35,456 nt of DNA from a virus: positions 1-35,456 of the IMG/VR virus record IMGVR_UViG_3300045988_035653; one strand, 5' to 3'. Below the pieces are notes generated by a model that searched no databases, was not told the origin of the DNA, and saw only the letters and a list, made by a program, of their open reading frames with translations. Shown here one piece after another: positions 7,810 through 16,711 of the stretch (position 1 is its first letter; every line of letters starts with the position of its first letter). A program made the position numbers and the translations under genes.

Positions 7810-8011
7810 TGTTAGCCATTAATTTAAATATAACGTTCTTTCCGTCCTCTCTATTATCCGCGTCGCATTGAAACTCCGGGATATTAATCGCTGTACACTG
7901 TGGCGTATTCATGTCCCAACCAACGGTATAAAAAATGCAGCCTTTGCACGCTACGTTCTCGTCTACTTCCACCGCGGCGTACGTACGCCCGTCTACTATT
8001 ATTGTTTTCAT
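7793..8011 (-). CDS. Small Cys-rich protein, 72 aa from MKTIIVDG (paralogue of 6009..6212)
   Basis: The ATG at 8011 overlaps the TGA of the upstream gene (ATGA); shared G.TY.A.E...C.GC.F pattern. Confidence 0.65.
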   Translation of the reverse strand: MKTIIVDGRTYAAVEVDENVACKGCIFYTVGWDMNTPQCTAINIPEFQCDADNREDGKNVIFKLMANNVTED

Positions 8012-8436
8012 AAGCCCAAATCTTTTTTGTACAACATATCGAAAATATCGTCCAGTGTATACCGCTCCGGGAAACACTTAAGGACCTCGGCGATTACGTC
8101 CAGTATATCGGGGAACTTCGATTTAATCCCTAGCAAGTCTTTCACGGCTTCCGCCCGGTTGGCATTAAACACTTCGTCCTTGTAAACCTCGGCCACTGTG
8201 TCAGCCCCTTCGAACGCTACGTTGTCACCCTTGTGCAGTTCCCGGTGGCTGTACTCCCTGCGTAGTATACTGTCCGGTACTTCTGATATTAAATACTGTT
8301 GCAGGTTCTCGGGTAATTGATATATAGCTTCTCCAATCGCGTAGCCTTCTGCGGGCGTGCCCTGCGCCATCTTTGTAACCACATCGCAAAACAGTTTGAT
8401 GCGGTCTACCTTTAGTTTCTTATTGAAGTCTACCAT
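8008..8436 (-). CDS. Hypothetical protein, 142 aa
   Basis: ATG-initiated, TAATG coupling upstream. Confidence 0.75.
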   Translation of the reverse strand: MVDFNKKLKVDRIKLFCDVVTKMAQGTPAEGYAIGEAIYQLPENLQQYLISEVPDSILRREYSHRELHKGDNVAFEGADTVAEVYKDEVFNANRAEAVKDLLGIKSKFPDILDVIAEVLKCFPERYTLDDIFDMLYKKDLGL

Positions 8437-8849
8437 TATTCGATCCCTCCCTGAATTACGATTAAATCTGAAATGTTCAATGTTACCGCTTTATACCCTA
8501 GCTCGTTCGTGTAGGAGAAATCCGTATTAGCCTTAACTTCTACCATCCCGTCAGGCTTGAACTCCAGGAACCAACATGTGTAAATTGATCCGTCTTTCTG
8601 AAAAGCTAGTTCGTTGTCCAGGATTAAATCGGTAAGCTTTAAAAAATCCTCGGCTTCTTCGTATCGGCGTGCAAACAGTGTGGCTCGGTCTGTCATTGCC
8701 AGGTGAAAGCCTTTGTTATACAGGTGCACACTAAACTGTTTTTCGTTCTCGAAACTCTTCGTTTCATTTCCACACTTTGCTACAATTCTGCCATTTTGGG
8801 CTTTTGTTACTTTGAGTAATTGCCCGTTGTTGTTTCTATATACTTCCAT
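8436..8849 (-). CDS. Hypothetical protein, 137 aa
   Basis: ATG-initiated minus ORF. Confidence 0.75.
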   Translation of the reverse strand: MEVYRNNNGQLLKVTKAQNGRIVAKCGNETKSFENEKQFSVHLYNKGFHLAMTDRATLFARRYEEAEDFLKLTDLILDNELAFQKDGSIYTCWFLEFKPDGMVEVKANTDFSYTNELGYKAVTLNISDLIVIQGGIE

Positions 8850-8856
8850 GATGATC

Positions 8857-9294
8857 TTATTTATTTAGGGATTTATTAATTGCTTCCGCCATTTTCTTAA
8901 GTTCGCCCCTAGAGACGTTAACGTCGAATTGCCCTCCGTGGCTGTGGATCATCCAAACCGCAGTAAATTTAGAATATTGCGCGGTGTTATCCCCGGGGTT
9001 GTTAAGGTTTACAACTTCTCTAAGGCTTGATGGCTTGTACTCCGCAAGGCTTAAGAGCGTCTTAACCGCCGCGTCCGCGTCGCCTAATGCTATATTCATT
9101 TCTATGGAATTTGTTCCGGCTGCTTGTCCGGTGATCTGATACGTTACCGCGTCGCCCTTCGTTACCTCTACGATCTTACAAACTCCTAGACGGAAAGACT
9201 TAAGCGTTTTTAAACTGCCTGATGCGGTTGATACTTGCGCCATTGCGCTAACTGATAATAAAACTACTGCTAAAATACTTACTAACTTTTTCAT
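8857..9294 (-). CDS. Secreted protein with signal peptide, 145 aa from MKKLVSILAVVLLSVSAMAQ
   Basis: Classical n-h-c signal peptide ending AMA-Q; own promoter 40 nt upstream. Confidence 0.7.
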   Translation of the reverse strand: MKKLVSILAVVLLSVSAMAQVSTASGSLKTLKSFRLGVCKIVEVTKGDAVTYQITGQAAGTNSIEMNIALGDADAAVKTLLSLAEYKPSSLREVVNLNNPGDNTAQYSKFTAVWMIHSHGGQFDVNVSRGELKKMAEAINKSLNK

Positions 9295-9333
9295 GATTCT
9301 AATTTTTAAATGATTTATTTCCTTTTGACATTT

Positions 9334-9364
9334 CAAAGATACGACTACTTATCGGACTACCAAA
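9334..9364 (-). promoter_or_regulatory. Bacteroidota-type promoter (TTTG-19 nt-TATCTTTG)
   Basis: The minus strand reads TTTGGTAGTCCGATAAGTAGTCGTATCTTTG; the 33-bp core 9314-9346 is identical to 11326-11358. Confidence 0.75.
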
Positions 9365-9409
9365 ATATAGGGCAAACTCTTAACTTTGATTTGCATTAAA
9401 CGCTCTTAG

Positions 9410-9718
9410 TTAACGTCCGTTAACATAGAAGTCTATTAATTCCTTCAAATCGTTGTACTCGTCAGGGTTCGACACTACTCGTACATTGAAGTCAAGTGCG
9501 GCGATCCGATCGAGTATAACGCGCTGTACCGGTCTAGGCTTGCAGCCCGTAGACTTGAATTCAACAAAGATAACCGTTCCACCCGGTAACAGGTACATCC
9601 GATCCGGAAGCCCGTTAATAAATTGGGACAGCAATTTGATTGCCATCCCTCCTTTACTCTCGACGTACTTAGACATAGTACGCTCGAATACCTTTTCGCT
9701 AGTTTCCGTTGACTTCAT
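9410..9718 (-). CDS. VRR-NUC domain nuclease
   Basis: GLPDRMYLLPGGTVIFVEFKSTGCKPRPVQ matches the VRR-NUC G.PD...E.K...Q signature; 102 aa. Confidence 0.8.
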   Translation of the reverse strand: MKSTETSEKVFERTMSKYVESKGGMAIKLLSQFINGLPDRMYLLPGGTVIFVEFKSTGCKPRPVQRVILDRIAALDFNVRVVSNPDEYNDLKELIDFYVNGR

Positions 9719-9968
9719 CCGACGGTATATTAATGTTCATTGTCGAACTGTTAGCCACTTTACACGCCTGCCTTAATGCTACGAAATTCTTCCGGGCTGT
9801 GGTTGCTTCTGTCCATGTAAGAAGGGCGCACCCTTCTATATCGCCCCATTGGTCGCTAGCCTTGTCATACACTTGCAGCTTAAACCGTCCACAAAAATCT
9901 CCTGTGTACTTGTCCGGTGTTATGCGCGTTGCGCCGTCCCTTGATTTTAATTTTTTCTTGTTACTCAT
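9699..9968 (-). CDS. Hypothetical protein, 89 aa
   Basis: ATG-initiated, overlaps its neighbours by 8 and 20 nt. Confidence 0.7.
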   Translation of the reverse strand: MSNKKKLKSRDGATRITPDKYTGDFCGRFKLQVYDKASDQWGDIEGCALLTWTEATTARKNFVALRQACKVANSSTMNINIPSDEVNGN

Positions 9969-10428
9969 TGCTGTATTCCTTTAATAAAATTTCTAGTTCT
10001 TTCTTTAATAGGCTCATCTCTCTCATCGTGGTACGGGACGTGAAAAAATCCCTTGTTCCGTCATCGTCGAACATTTGGCGCATAACGTGTTTGTAATCCT
10101 CATAATTGTCCCACTCTTCCGGGTGGAATGGAGAGCGCGCAAACACCACTACTATCTTTTCGTCTGCGTACGTGTGCACTTTCCACGCGTTCGTATTCCG
10201 AACCATCCACTCAAAGATAACATCTAATTGGTTACGCGTGAGACGCAAACCACCCACGCCGATTGTCAGCAAAATAAGGTTAGGAGAAACTCTCCCTTCT
10301 CTTAGGTCCCGTGTAATTTTGGCCTTCAGGCCTTGTTCAAAACTCTCCATACAATAAAATTTTATAAGTTTAATTGGATAATATGCGGCGATCATTATAA
10401 GCGCCACCGCTAATATAATATACATCAT
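9961..10428 (-). CDS. Membrane-anchored hypothetical protein, 155 aa
   Basis: N-terminal helix MMYIILAVALIMIAAYYPI. Confidence 0.7.
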   Translation of the reverse strand: MMYIILAVALIMIAAYYPIKLIKFYCMESFEQGLKAKITRDLREGRVSPNLILLTIGVGGLRLTRNQLDVIFEWMVRNTNAWKVHTYADEKIVVVFARSPFHPEEWDNYEDYKHVMRQMFDDDGTRDFFTSRTTMREMSLLKKELEILLKEYSNE

Positions 10429-10619
10429 TCCTTTGTTACATAAGTTAGATTAACCCGCTTAACCGTAAATCCCATTCGGGTCTGACACTCGGCGATATAC
10501 CGCCGTTCCGCTTCTAAATCCCCTACCATGTATATCCCTAGTTCGTCCGATACCTCGGCGTAGTCTCTTACAATAGTTCCCGTTGTGGTTACTATATTGG
10601 CTCTTAGTATCTGTATCAT
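10425..10619 (-). CDS. Hypothetical protein, 64 aa from MIQILRAN (ORF open to a TTG at 10670)
   Basis: First ATG at 10619; ATGA coupling downstream. Confidence 0.55.
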   Translation of the reverse strand: MIQILRANIVTTTGTIVRDYAEVSDELGIYMVGDLEAERRYIAECQTRMGFTVKRVNLTYVTKE

Positions 10620-10623
10620 AGCT

Positions 10624-10710
10624 TTAAATGTTAGTTGTCGGCTCGCAGCACAACAAAATGAATAATACAAACAGGATCGCCCAAAACGTGTAAATTATAA
10701 ATTGTTTCAT
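10624..10710 (-). CDS. Possible micro membrane peptide, 28 aa
   Basis: Hand translation MKQFIIYTFWAILFVLFILLCCEPTTNI; competes with the TTG-extended version of the next ORF. Confidence 0.3.
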   Translation of the reverse strand: MKQFIIYTFWAILFVLFILLCCEPTTNI

Positions 10711-10726
10711 ATCTTTTTAGTGTTAT

Positions 10727-10744
10727 GGCGGGTGCTACCCCGCC
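10727..10744 (-). terminator. GC hairpin GGCGGG-6 nt-CCCGCC just downstream of the 93-aa gene
   Basis: Perfect 6-bp GC stem 10 nt after the stop at 10754; no U-tract on the minus strand. Confidence 0.35.
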
Positions 10745-10753
10745 GGGTTAACT

Positions 10754-11035
10754 TTATAATGTTATGTCTATTCTACAATTATTGCCGGATTTGGTGCTAG
10801 TCACACGCCCAGATAATTCGGGGAATCCGGATACTATATCCTCGACAGTGGAAAGTATAATCACATTGTCAGTAGTTCCCGCTGATCTTTTCAACCAATC
10901 GTATTGCGCGCCGGTTTGGGGGAACAGTGTGCGGGTGTTATGGGAGTGGCTTCTAGGCTCGTAACGTACTACTAAACCTTGTTGCGCTAACTTATTTCCT
11001 AATTCAATTACTTCTTCTTTGCTAAATTTTTTCAT
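10754..11035 (-). CDS. Hypothetical protein, 93 aa
   Basis: ATG-initiated minus ORF. Confidence 0.7.
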   Translation of the reverse strand: MKKFSKEEVIELGNKLAQQGLVVRYEPRSHSHNTRTLFPQTGAQYDWLKRSAGTTDNVIILSTVEDIVSGFPELSGRVTSTKSGNNCRIDITL

Positions 11036-11047
11036 GATCTTAAATAT

Positions 11048-11305
11048 TTATTTGGTTATGCGTTCAAACAGAGCTTTTGCATAGAAATGATTATTTGAAC
11101 GGTTGAATTTACCGGAGTAAACGAAGTACTTTAAATCCTCCATTAAATCGTTATCTCTGAACCATGAAATCATTTTAACTAGTCTCACGGTATTCTCTTC
11201 CACGATCTTGCTGTCGGCTATACAGCCGTTTGCTACGTTACTCATTGCAATAACCGTTGTTTCGAAAAGTCTTAATCCTGCTACTTTAATTTCTTGGGTT
11301 GTCAT
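11048..11305 (-). CDS. Hypothetical protein, 85 aa
   Basis: ATG-initiated; preceded by a duplicated promoter cassette. Confidence 0.7.
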   Translation of the reverse strand: MTTQEIKVAGLRLFETTVIAMSNVANGCIADSKIVEENTVRLVKMISWFRDNDLMEDLKYFVYSGKFNRSNNHFYAKALFERITK

Positions 11306-11345
11306 ATTCTTTAATTTTTAATTGGTTTATTTCCTTTTGACATTT

Positions 11346-11376
11346 CAAAGATACGACTTAATTACGAACTACCAAA
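11346..11376 (-). promoter_or_regulatory. Bacteroidota-type promoter (TTTG-19 nt-TATCTTTG), duplicate of the 9334..9364 cassette
   Basis: The minus strand reads TTTGGTAGTTCGTAATTAAGTCGTATCTTTG; leader nearly identical to the 9296-9333 leader. Confidence 0.75.
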
Positions 11377-11405
11377 ACTTTTCTCAAAAAACTTTAGTAT
11401 ATTAA

Positions 11406-11443
11406 CAAAAATAAAGTCTCGCGTATCACTACGAAAGACTTTT
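11406..11443 (-). terminator. Intrinsic terminator after the primase-helicase gene
   Basis: The minus strand reads AAAGTCTTTCGTAGTGATACGCGAGACTTT followed by ATTTTTG; 7-bp outer stem plus 4-bp inner stem. Confidence 0.6.
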
Positions 11444-11512
11444 TAACTGAAAAACCACCCTAAAAGTATTAACCTTAAAAATTAGAAAAGAAAGTATTGT
11501 TTTAATTCGGTA

Positions 11513-13903
11513 TCACAAAGATAGTAATTTTTTGCTTTCCTCGCTACCTTTACGGATATAAACTACTTGTCGGCCGTATAATTTAGTTCTATTTAACTTT
11601 CCTTTGTACCATCCGCCTAATTGTCTCATAGCCGCTGCAAGTTCGCGCCCTTTCGCACTTGAATAATCTTCTTTCCGGCGCCCCAAAGCATCTACCCAAA
11701 GCTCCATCAAACAGAACGTATTTTTTTGAACCGTCCCAACCTCTTCCAGCGATCCGGCCAGGAAGTCAGCGCGTTGTTGTTCGGTGCGGTCTTCATAGTC
11801 AGCCGGGAAAAGCGTATTTACATAGTTCTCTATAATACCTACTAGCGGGCTTTCTTCTGTAAATTCTTCACGTCCCTCGTTGGCGATCGCTTCAGCTTCG
11901 TCAGACAAAACAAGGCTTTCACCCAACATGTACAGCTCCATTGCTTCCGCCCAAAGTTGGTCTACCACTGCCTCGAAAGACTTTTCAAACAGCTTATGAG
12001 TGTTCTTGTTTGCGCGTACCTCGATAGGAAAGAAACGGCGGTTTCCGGTCTTGTCCTTCAAAAACTCATCGTCGTTTGTAGACCCGAAAAATACGCATTG
12101 TCTACGGTGTGTTTTTACCCGGCGGGCGTATGCGCTACGATATGTGTCTTCCCGCTTGCTTATGAAGTTCTTCGTGGCTTCCACGTCCGAACGGCGAAGG
12201 GCTGACAACTCGGCTAGCTCCACGATCCAGGCGTGTTGTATCGCTTCGTATGCTTTTTGCCCAGATACGTCGGTTAATGAGTCATTAAACCAACCTTTTG
12301 AAAGGGACTGTATAAGCGTGGACTTTCCCGCGCCCTGTCCTGAATACATAACCAGCGCCGTATCAAATTTTCGGCCCGGCTCGTAAACTCTAGTAACAGC
12401 TGCAACCAGCATTTTACGGAACGCTTCGGAAACGTATATGCTAGGCTCTGCGCCCATGTATTCAACTAAGAAATTATCAATACGTTTCACACCGTCCCAC
12501 CTTTGCGCCTCTAGATATTTTTTGATAGGATGGAAAGCATTTTCGCTGCAGACCTTTTCCAACGCGTCGTTTAATTTGCTGTCATTATAAATACCGTGCA
12601 AATCCTCTATACGTCCACGGATAATCGCTACGGCGGTATCGTCTAACATGTCGCCCTTCTTGATGTCTTTCGAGAAGAACGGAGTACGGGTGTACACAAT
12701 CGTGTCAAGAAACAAGTCGTATGCTAGCAGATCATTTAACAGCGGGTCGCACTTGAAGGCGTTAACAAAGTTGCGAACGGTACACAATTTATCACCCTTC
12801 TTATCCAAGTCCCAAACCAGCTCCGCGGCGGTCTGCGCGTCCCCTTTAACCTCGTCTGTGTACTCCGCGAAGTCGGCTAGATCATCGTCCACGGCTACCA
12901 TATCTTTAACGCACTCTTTATCGGCGCAAATTAGCTTGTTCATCTCGCGGGTGCTGTCTTCCTTACCCAGGTGCCCGAACTTGTGCACACGTACCAAATC
13001 ATAAGCATTATAAGCGTGTCCATCTCCGATCGGGTCGGTCGAGTGGTGCGAGAAGCATAGTACATCGTCGTACACAACTAGGCCGGCCGCGCCTGATCCA
13101 AGAGCGTAGGTATACCGTCCGTTGTCTACTTCTGTGTAAACGTCCGATAGATATTTCTCTATGGCTGCCGGGATCGTGTACGAGCGGCAAAACGCGCCTA
13201 CCAAGCCCTCTTTGTCTCTAGGGTCTTTTGCCATCTCTTTACTAATAACGGCACGGGTATCGCGTTCCGTATCGGAGTGGAATGCCCATTTGCGCACGTC
13301 GCGCCATTCTTCATTATCTCCGTACAAACCTATTAGATATTCCGCGCTGATCGGTTCGCCTTCGAACACTTCGAATAGTCCGGTTTGATCTTTGGAAAGG
13401 GATTGCCAGTACATCATGCGTTCCGGTTGAAATGTCGTTTTATCAAATAGATCGATACCTAACAACTCGGCTACTTTGCGCGCCGCGGCTTCGTACATAG
13501 TAACGTCTGTAACCTCTTCTTTGAAAGGCATGATAAGACGGTAACGGCGTGATCCGGGGCGGTCTGATCTAGTAGTATAAATAGCTGCTGCCACGCCCGG
13601 AAAACGATCCGCAAAATCGAACGGGAATAAATCATCTCCGAAGTCTACGTCTAATGTAATCATAGATCGGGACATAACGGCCTTCTTAAGGCGTTGCGCG
13701 CCAGACAACTCGCCAGCCATGAATCCGCCCACGTCCTTCAACGACGATTTAGCGGGCTTGTCCAGTCTATCGAACTCGCGTACCGTTTCGTTAGTGATAA
13801 CGGGCGTCCCTAGTCTTTCCAAAAATGCTTCCCAAGTCATACGTACGGCTTTCCACTTCAACGAAGCCGAAGAACCTGCAAGCGATAAGGTGTATTTTTC
13901 CAT
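11513..13903 (-). CDS. Primase-helicase: N-terminal AEP/prim-pol-like domain fused to a VirE-family P-loop NTPase
   Basis: SMITLDVDFGDD (DxD), central/C-terminal ALVMYSGQGAGKSTLIQSL Walker A, VIVELAEL Walker B-like; 796 aa. Confidence 0.85.
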   Translation of the reverse strand: MEKYTLSLAGSSASLKWKAVRMTWEAFLERLGTPVITNETVREFDRLDKPAKSSLKDVGGFMAGELSGAQRLKKAVMSRSMITLDVDFGDDLFPFDFADRFPGVAAAIYTTRSDRPGSRRYRLIMPFKEEVTDVTMYEAAARKVAELLGIDLFDKTTFQPERMMYWQSLSKDQTGLFEVFEGEPISAEYLIGLYGDNEEWRDVRKWAFHSDTERDTRAVISKEMAKDPRDKEGLVGAFCRSYTIPAAIEKYLSDVYTEVDNGRYTYALGSGAAGLVVYDDVLCFSHHSTDPIGDGHAYNAYDLVRVHKFGHLGKEDSTREMNKLICADKECVKDMVAVDDDLADFAEYTDEVKGDAQTAAELVWDLDKKGDKLCTVRNFVNAFKCDPLLNDLLAYDLFLDTIVYTRTPFFSKDIKKGDMLDDTAVAIIRGRIEDLHGIYNDSKLNDALEKVCSENAFHPIKKYLEAQRWDGVKRIDNFLVEYMGAEPSIYVSEAFRKMLVAAVTRVYEPGRKFDTALVMYSGQGAGKSTLIQSLSKGWFNDSLTDVSGQKAYEAIQHAWIVELAELSALRRSDVEATKNFISKREDTYRSAYARRVKTHRRQCVFFGSTNDDEFLKDKTGNRRFFPIEVRANKNTHKLFEKSFEAVVDQLWAEAMELYMLGESLVLSDEAEAIANEGREEFTEESPLVGIIENYVNTLFPADYEDRTEQQRADFLAGSLEEVGTVQKNTFCLMELWVDALGRRKEDYSSAKGRELAAAMRQLGGWYKGKLNRTKLYGRQVVYIRKGSEESKKLLSL

Positions 13904-13908
13904 GTTAA

Positions 13909-15909
13909 TTAATCTTTCTTATAATATTTACTAGTGAATCCTTCTGCCTTCAACGGAATACCGAAAGCATCCGCCCATTTTGGTGTAGCTGCCATAGCTT
14001 CGCAAATCTCACTTAGCGATACGGTCGGCTCGCCAAAAACATCTAGTGGTACCTCGTTTACCGTTTCGTCGTGAATATGTCCCACGATTTTAACAGCCGG
14101 GTAACGTTTTACAATCTCTTGCATGCCATACGCCAATAGGTCGCGGCTTACTGCCTGCGTGATATTCTCGGTTAGCTTTCCGCCGTACGTGTCTAGGTCG
14201 GCCCATTTTCCGGTAAGGTCTTGACCTTTGTACGTTATAACCTCCCTGTCTCGTCCGTGTACGCTTTTCGTAGCGATCCGGCAAAACGGATAAAACAAAC
14301 GACGGCCCGAAGGTAATAAAATTGCTAGAGAATTGTTTTCTTTAAACCATTGAAATGTACAAACGTGTACGCCGTACCGGATAACCTCCACGTCTTTCTT
14401 GTTACGAATACAGAGTTTAGCACGGCTGTCTAGGGCTTCCCAAAATTCAACTATGCGCGGAGAAGCGGCACGCCATCTCAATATAATATCCTTGTACAAC
14501 GCCGGGTCAATCGCCTTTTCATAGTCCATCGTAGACATAGCGCCCACCCAACCGCCATAGCCTAATGCAAGTTCGGTTACTTTACCCTGTTGGCGATAAT
14601 GAGTACCTTTTCCGCATTGATCCTCGGGCAAGCTAAATGTCATACTTGCAGACACTACGTATATATCTTTCCCGTTGCGGAATGCGTTGATACGCCAATC
14701 TTCACGACACAGGCACGCCAGTACGCGGGCTTCAATGGCCGAATAGTCGGCGACATGGAATGTAGTGCCCTCGGGGGCTACAAACGTTGTTCTGATAAGC
14801 TGCGATAACGTGTCAGGTACATTTCCCCAGAACAGTTCGAAGTCCTGCAAACCCATGTGCTTAACGTTATCACGTGCGCCGTCCAGGTCGTTTATATAGT
14901 TACGTGGTAGGTTCTGCATTTGGACAAGTCTACCGGCCCAACGTCCGGTACGGCCCGCGCCATAGAAACGGTACAAGCCGTGTACGCGTCCGTCGAAGCA
15001 CACGCAATTGCGCATCGCTGTATATTTGGCGTTGCTCGTCTTGTTTATGATCTTCCGGGCGTTCAAAACCTCGTCTACTCGTTCATTGTCGCACTCCTGC
15101 ATAATCTCCTCTATGCCCTCTTTGCGGAATGAATCGAAAGACTTTCCGGTATTGATTAGAACAAAGTCCTTAAGTTGCATTGTAGACTTAAGAGAGGATA
15201 TGCCGTACTTCGTCTTAATACGGTTTTTCAATTCGTTGCAAAATTCCTCGTTGAGAGCGTCCGCCCGTTCCGCTAGTTCCATGTCTACGGCGATACCGTT
15301 GTCGTTAATGTCTTGATCCAGTCTATACAGGTCTATTTCCGACTGTGGGAACTTACAATAGTCTAGGCGCGCCAGTACTTCACGTTCTGAAAGAATGTCG
15401 TAACGTAGGTAGTCTATAAATTCCTCCCATTTATCGGGATAATCTCTCGGATCATTCTGGTACCCTTCCGGGTCCGCTTTGGTCGGCTTCTGCGGTTGGC
15501 AGAAGAATTTTATAAGGGCTAGCCCTGTACCCTTCTTGCCCTCTTTCAAATCCAGCGCCTTAGAAAGGTTTCCCAGGCTCTCCGGGAATCCGGCGTATAA
15601 CGCCATAGTTGCGGTACACAGGAAACGTTCCGCCGGGATATTAGTGCCGTACGCCATTAAACACAACCGTTCAAACTGCGCGTTATGCGCCACGATCGTA
15701 TATTGCGTATCGAGAAGCAAGTTCACGAAGTCCGTAAACTGCTCGTAGGCATCTGATCTAGTCATATCAATAATATTAACGTCTCCGTCTTCGATCGCGT
15801 AACCGATAAGAAGTATCTCGAAGTCGGGCGATTGCGTGTATCTATACGCTCCGCCGCTCTTAATGTCCTCGCTGGAAAATGTTTCAAAATCTATATAAAT
15901 TGGTTTCAT
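13909..15909 (-). CDS. Family A DNA polymerase with 3'-5' exonuclease domain (666 aa from MKPIYIDFETF)
   Basis: Exo motifs IDFETFS, HNAQFERLCL, YLRYDILSE. Pol motifs ADYSAIEARVLA (A), RQQGKVTELALGYGG (B), HIHDETV (C). The GTG start at 15957 lies inside a hairpin. Confidence 0.92.
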   Translation of the reverse strand: MKPIYIDFETFSSEDIKSGGAYRYTQSPDFEILLIGYAIEDGDVNIIDMTRSDAYEQFTDFVNLLLDTQYTIVAHNAQFERLCLMAYGTNIPAERFLCTATMALYAGFPESLGNLSKALDLKEGKKGTGLALIKFFCQPQKPTKADPEGYQNDPRDYPDKWEEFIDYLRYDILSEREVLARLDYCKFPQSEIDLYRLDQDINDNGIAVDMELAERADALNEEFCNELKNRIKTKYGISSLKSTMQLKDFVLINTGKSFDSFRKEGIEEIMQECDNERVDEVLNARKIINKTSNAKYTAMRNCVCFDGRVHGLYRFYGAGRTGRWAGRLVQMQNLPRNYINDLDGARDNVKHMGLQDFELFWGNVPDTLSQLIRTTFVAPEGTTFHVADYSAIEARVLACLCREDWRINAFRNGKDIYVVSASMTFSLPEDQCGKGTHYRQQGKVTELALGYGGWVGAMSTMDYEKAIDPALYKDIILRWRAASPRIVEFWEALDSRAKLCIRNKKDVEVIRYGVHVCTFQWFKENNSLAILLPSGRRLFYPFCRIATKSVHGRDREVITYKGQDLTGKWADLDTYGGKLTENITQAVSRDLLAYGMQEIVKRYPAVKIVGHIHDETVNEVPLDVFGEPTVSLSEICEAMAATPKWADAFGIPLKAEGFTSKYYKKD

Positions 15910-15931
15910 GTTTTTAGGGGTTTTAAAAGTT

Positions 15932-15963
15932 AAAGCCGCGCCGCTTCTACTCGGCACGGCTTT
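15932..15963 (-). terminator. Strong GC hairpin (12-bp stem) between the SSB and polymerase genes; terminator/attenuator
   Basis: The minus strand reads AAAGCCGUGCCG-AGUAGAAG-CGGCGCGGCUUU then AACUUUU; one G-U pair. Confidence 0.65.
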
Positions 15964-16038
15964 GGAAAATCATTTTACACCTGTTTTAACGAGATTGATT
16001 AATAATTAATTTAATTGTTTATACTTGAAATAATTGTT

Positions 16039-16605
16039 TTAGTTGAAGTCTGCCAGACTGTCGTTTTCATCGCTCAAATCTTCGAAGTCGTTGACGCTTG
16101 ATCCGCCGTCCAGTCTATCATCATCGGTTACTTTCTGTATCCCGTTCAATCCGGCTGTGATACCGCGGTTGTCGGCGCTCATATTGTAACCGTAAATTGA
16201 GATGGAAGCTACTCCCCAAGAACCGGAATACATATCTTCCTTCACTGTGATCGGGCGTTTACCTTTGTCAATTACAATCGGTTGTCCATGTTCCTCTTTT
16301 CTTTTCGCTGTGATGTAATAACATCCTTCATACCCGGCTTGTCCTTCTTTCTCCGGCGCATCACCATCCCGTAACGGGCTTTTGTAATTTGCGGGTACTT
16401 GTCCCTTGAATTTCGGGTCTCTTGAAAAATAATCCTGCGCTTCTGCCTTAACCGCGTCATTGATTTGCTTAATCAAAGCCGTATCAGTTTTGGGGATCAA
16501 CAAAGTTACACTGTAATGATATTCACCTACGCCTTGATACTGTTCTGCCTCGAAAACTCTTACATAAGAGAAACGTACGTTTTTTAAGATCAATTTTCTA
16601 CTCAT
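16039..16605 (-). CDS. Single-stranded DNA-binding protein (DUF2815-like)
   Basis: N-terminus LILKNVRFSYVRVFEAEQY...YSVTLLIPK and acidic C-terminal tip DFEDLSDENDSLADFN; sits between the nuclease and polymerase genes, as in known DUF2800/DUF2815/PolA modules. Confidence 0.75.
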   Translation of the reverse strand: MSRKLILKNVRFSYVRVFEAEQYQGVGEYHYSVTLLIPKTDTALIKQINDAVKAEAQDYFSRDPKFKGQVPANYKSPLRDGDAPEKEGQAGYEGCYYITAKRKEEHGQPIVIDKGKRPITVKEDMYSGSWGVASISIYGYNMSADNRGITAGLNGIQKVTDDDRLDGGSSVNDFEDLSDENDSLADFN

Positions 16606-16645
16606 AATTTTTAAGATTTTAATTTGTTATTTTTCTAACACGGTT

Positions 16646-16675
16646 CAAAGATATTGCTTTATTTTAAACTTCAAA
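16646..16675 (-). promoter_or_regulatory. Bacteroidota-type promoter upstream of the SSB gene (TTTG-18 nt-TATCTTTG)
   Basis: The minus strand reads TTTGAAGTTTAAAATAAAGCAATATCTTTG, 41 nt from the ATG at 16605. Confidence 0.7.
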
Positions 16676-16711
16676 CCGTTTATACATTCTTTAATTGTTT
16701 TTTAACTTCTG

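Noticed and set aside
11516-11523. TATCTTTG at the last codons of the primase-helicase gene as a promoter
   Set aside because: It has no -33 TTTG and is followed by a terminator and then the real promoter at 11346-11376, so it is probably coincidental coding sequence (LLSL-stop).
15910-15957. GTG-initiated extension of the DNA polymerase ORF
   Set aside because: It runs through the 12-bp GC hairpin, and the conserved exonuclease motif begins right after the ATG at 15909.
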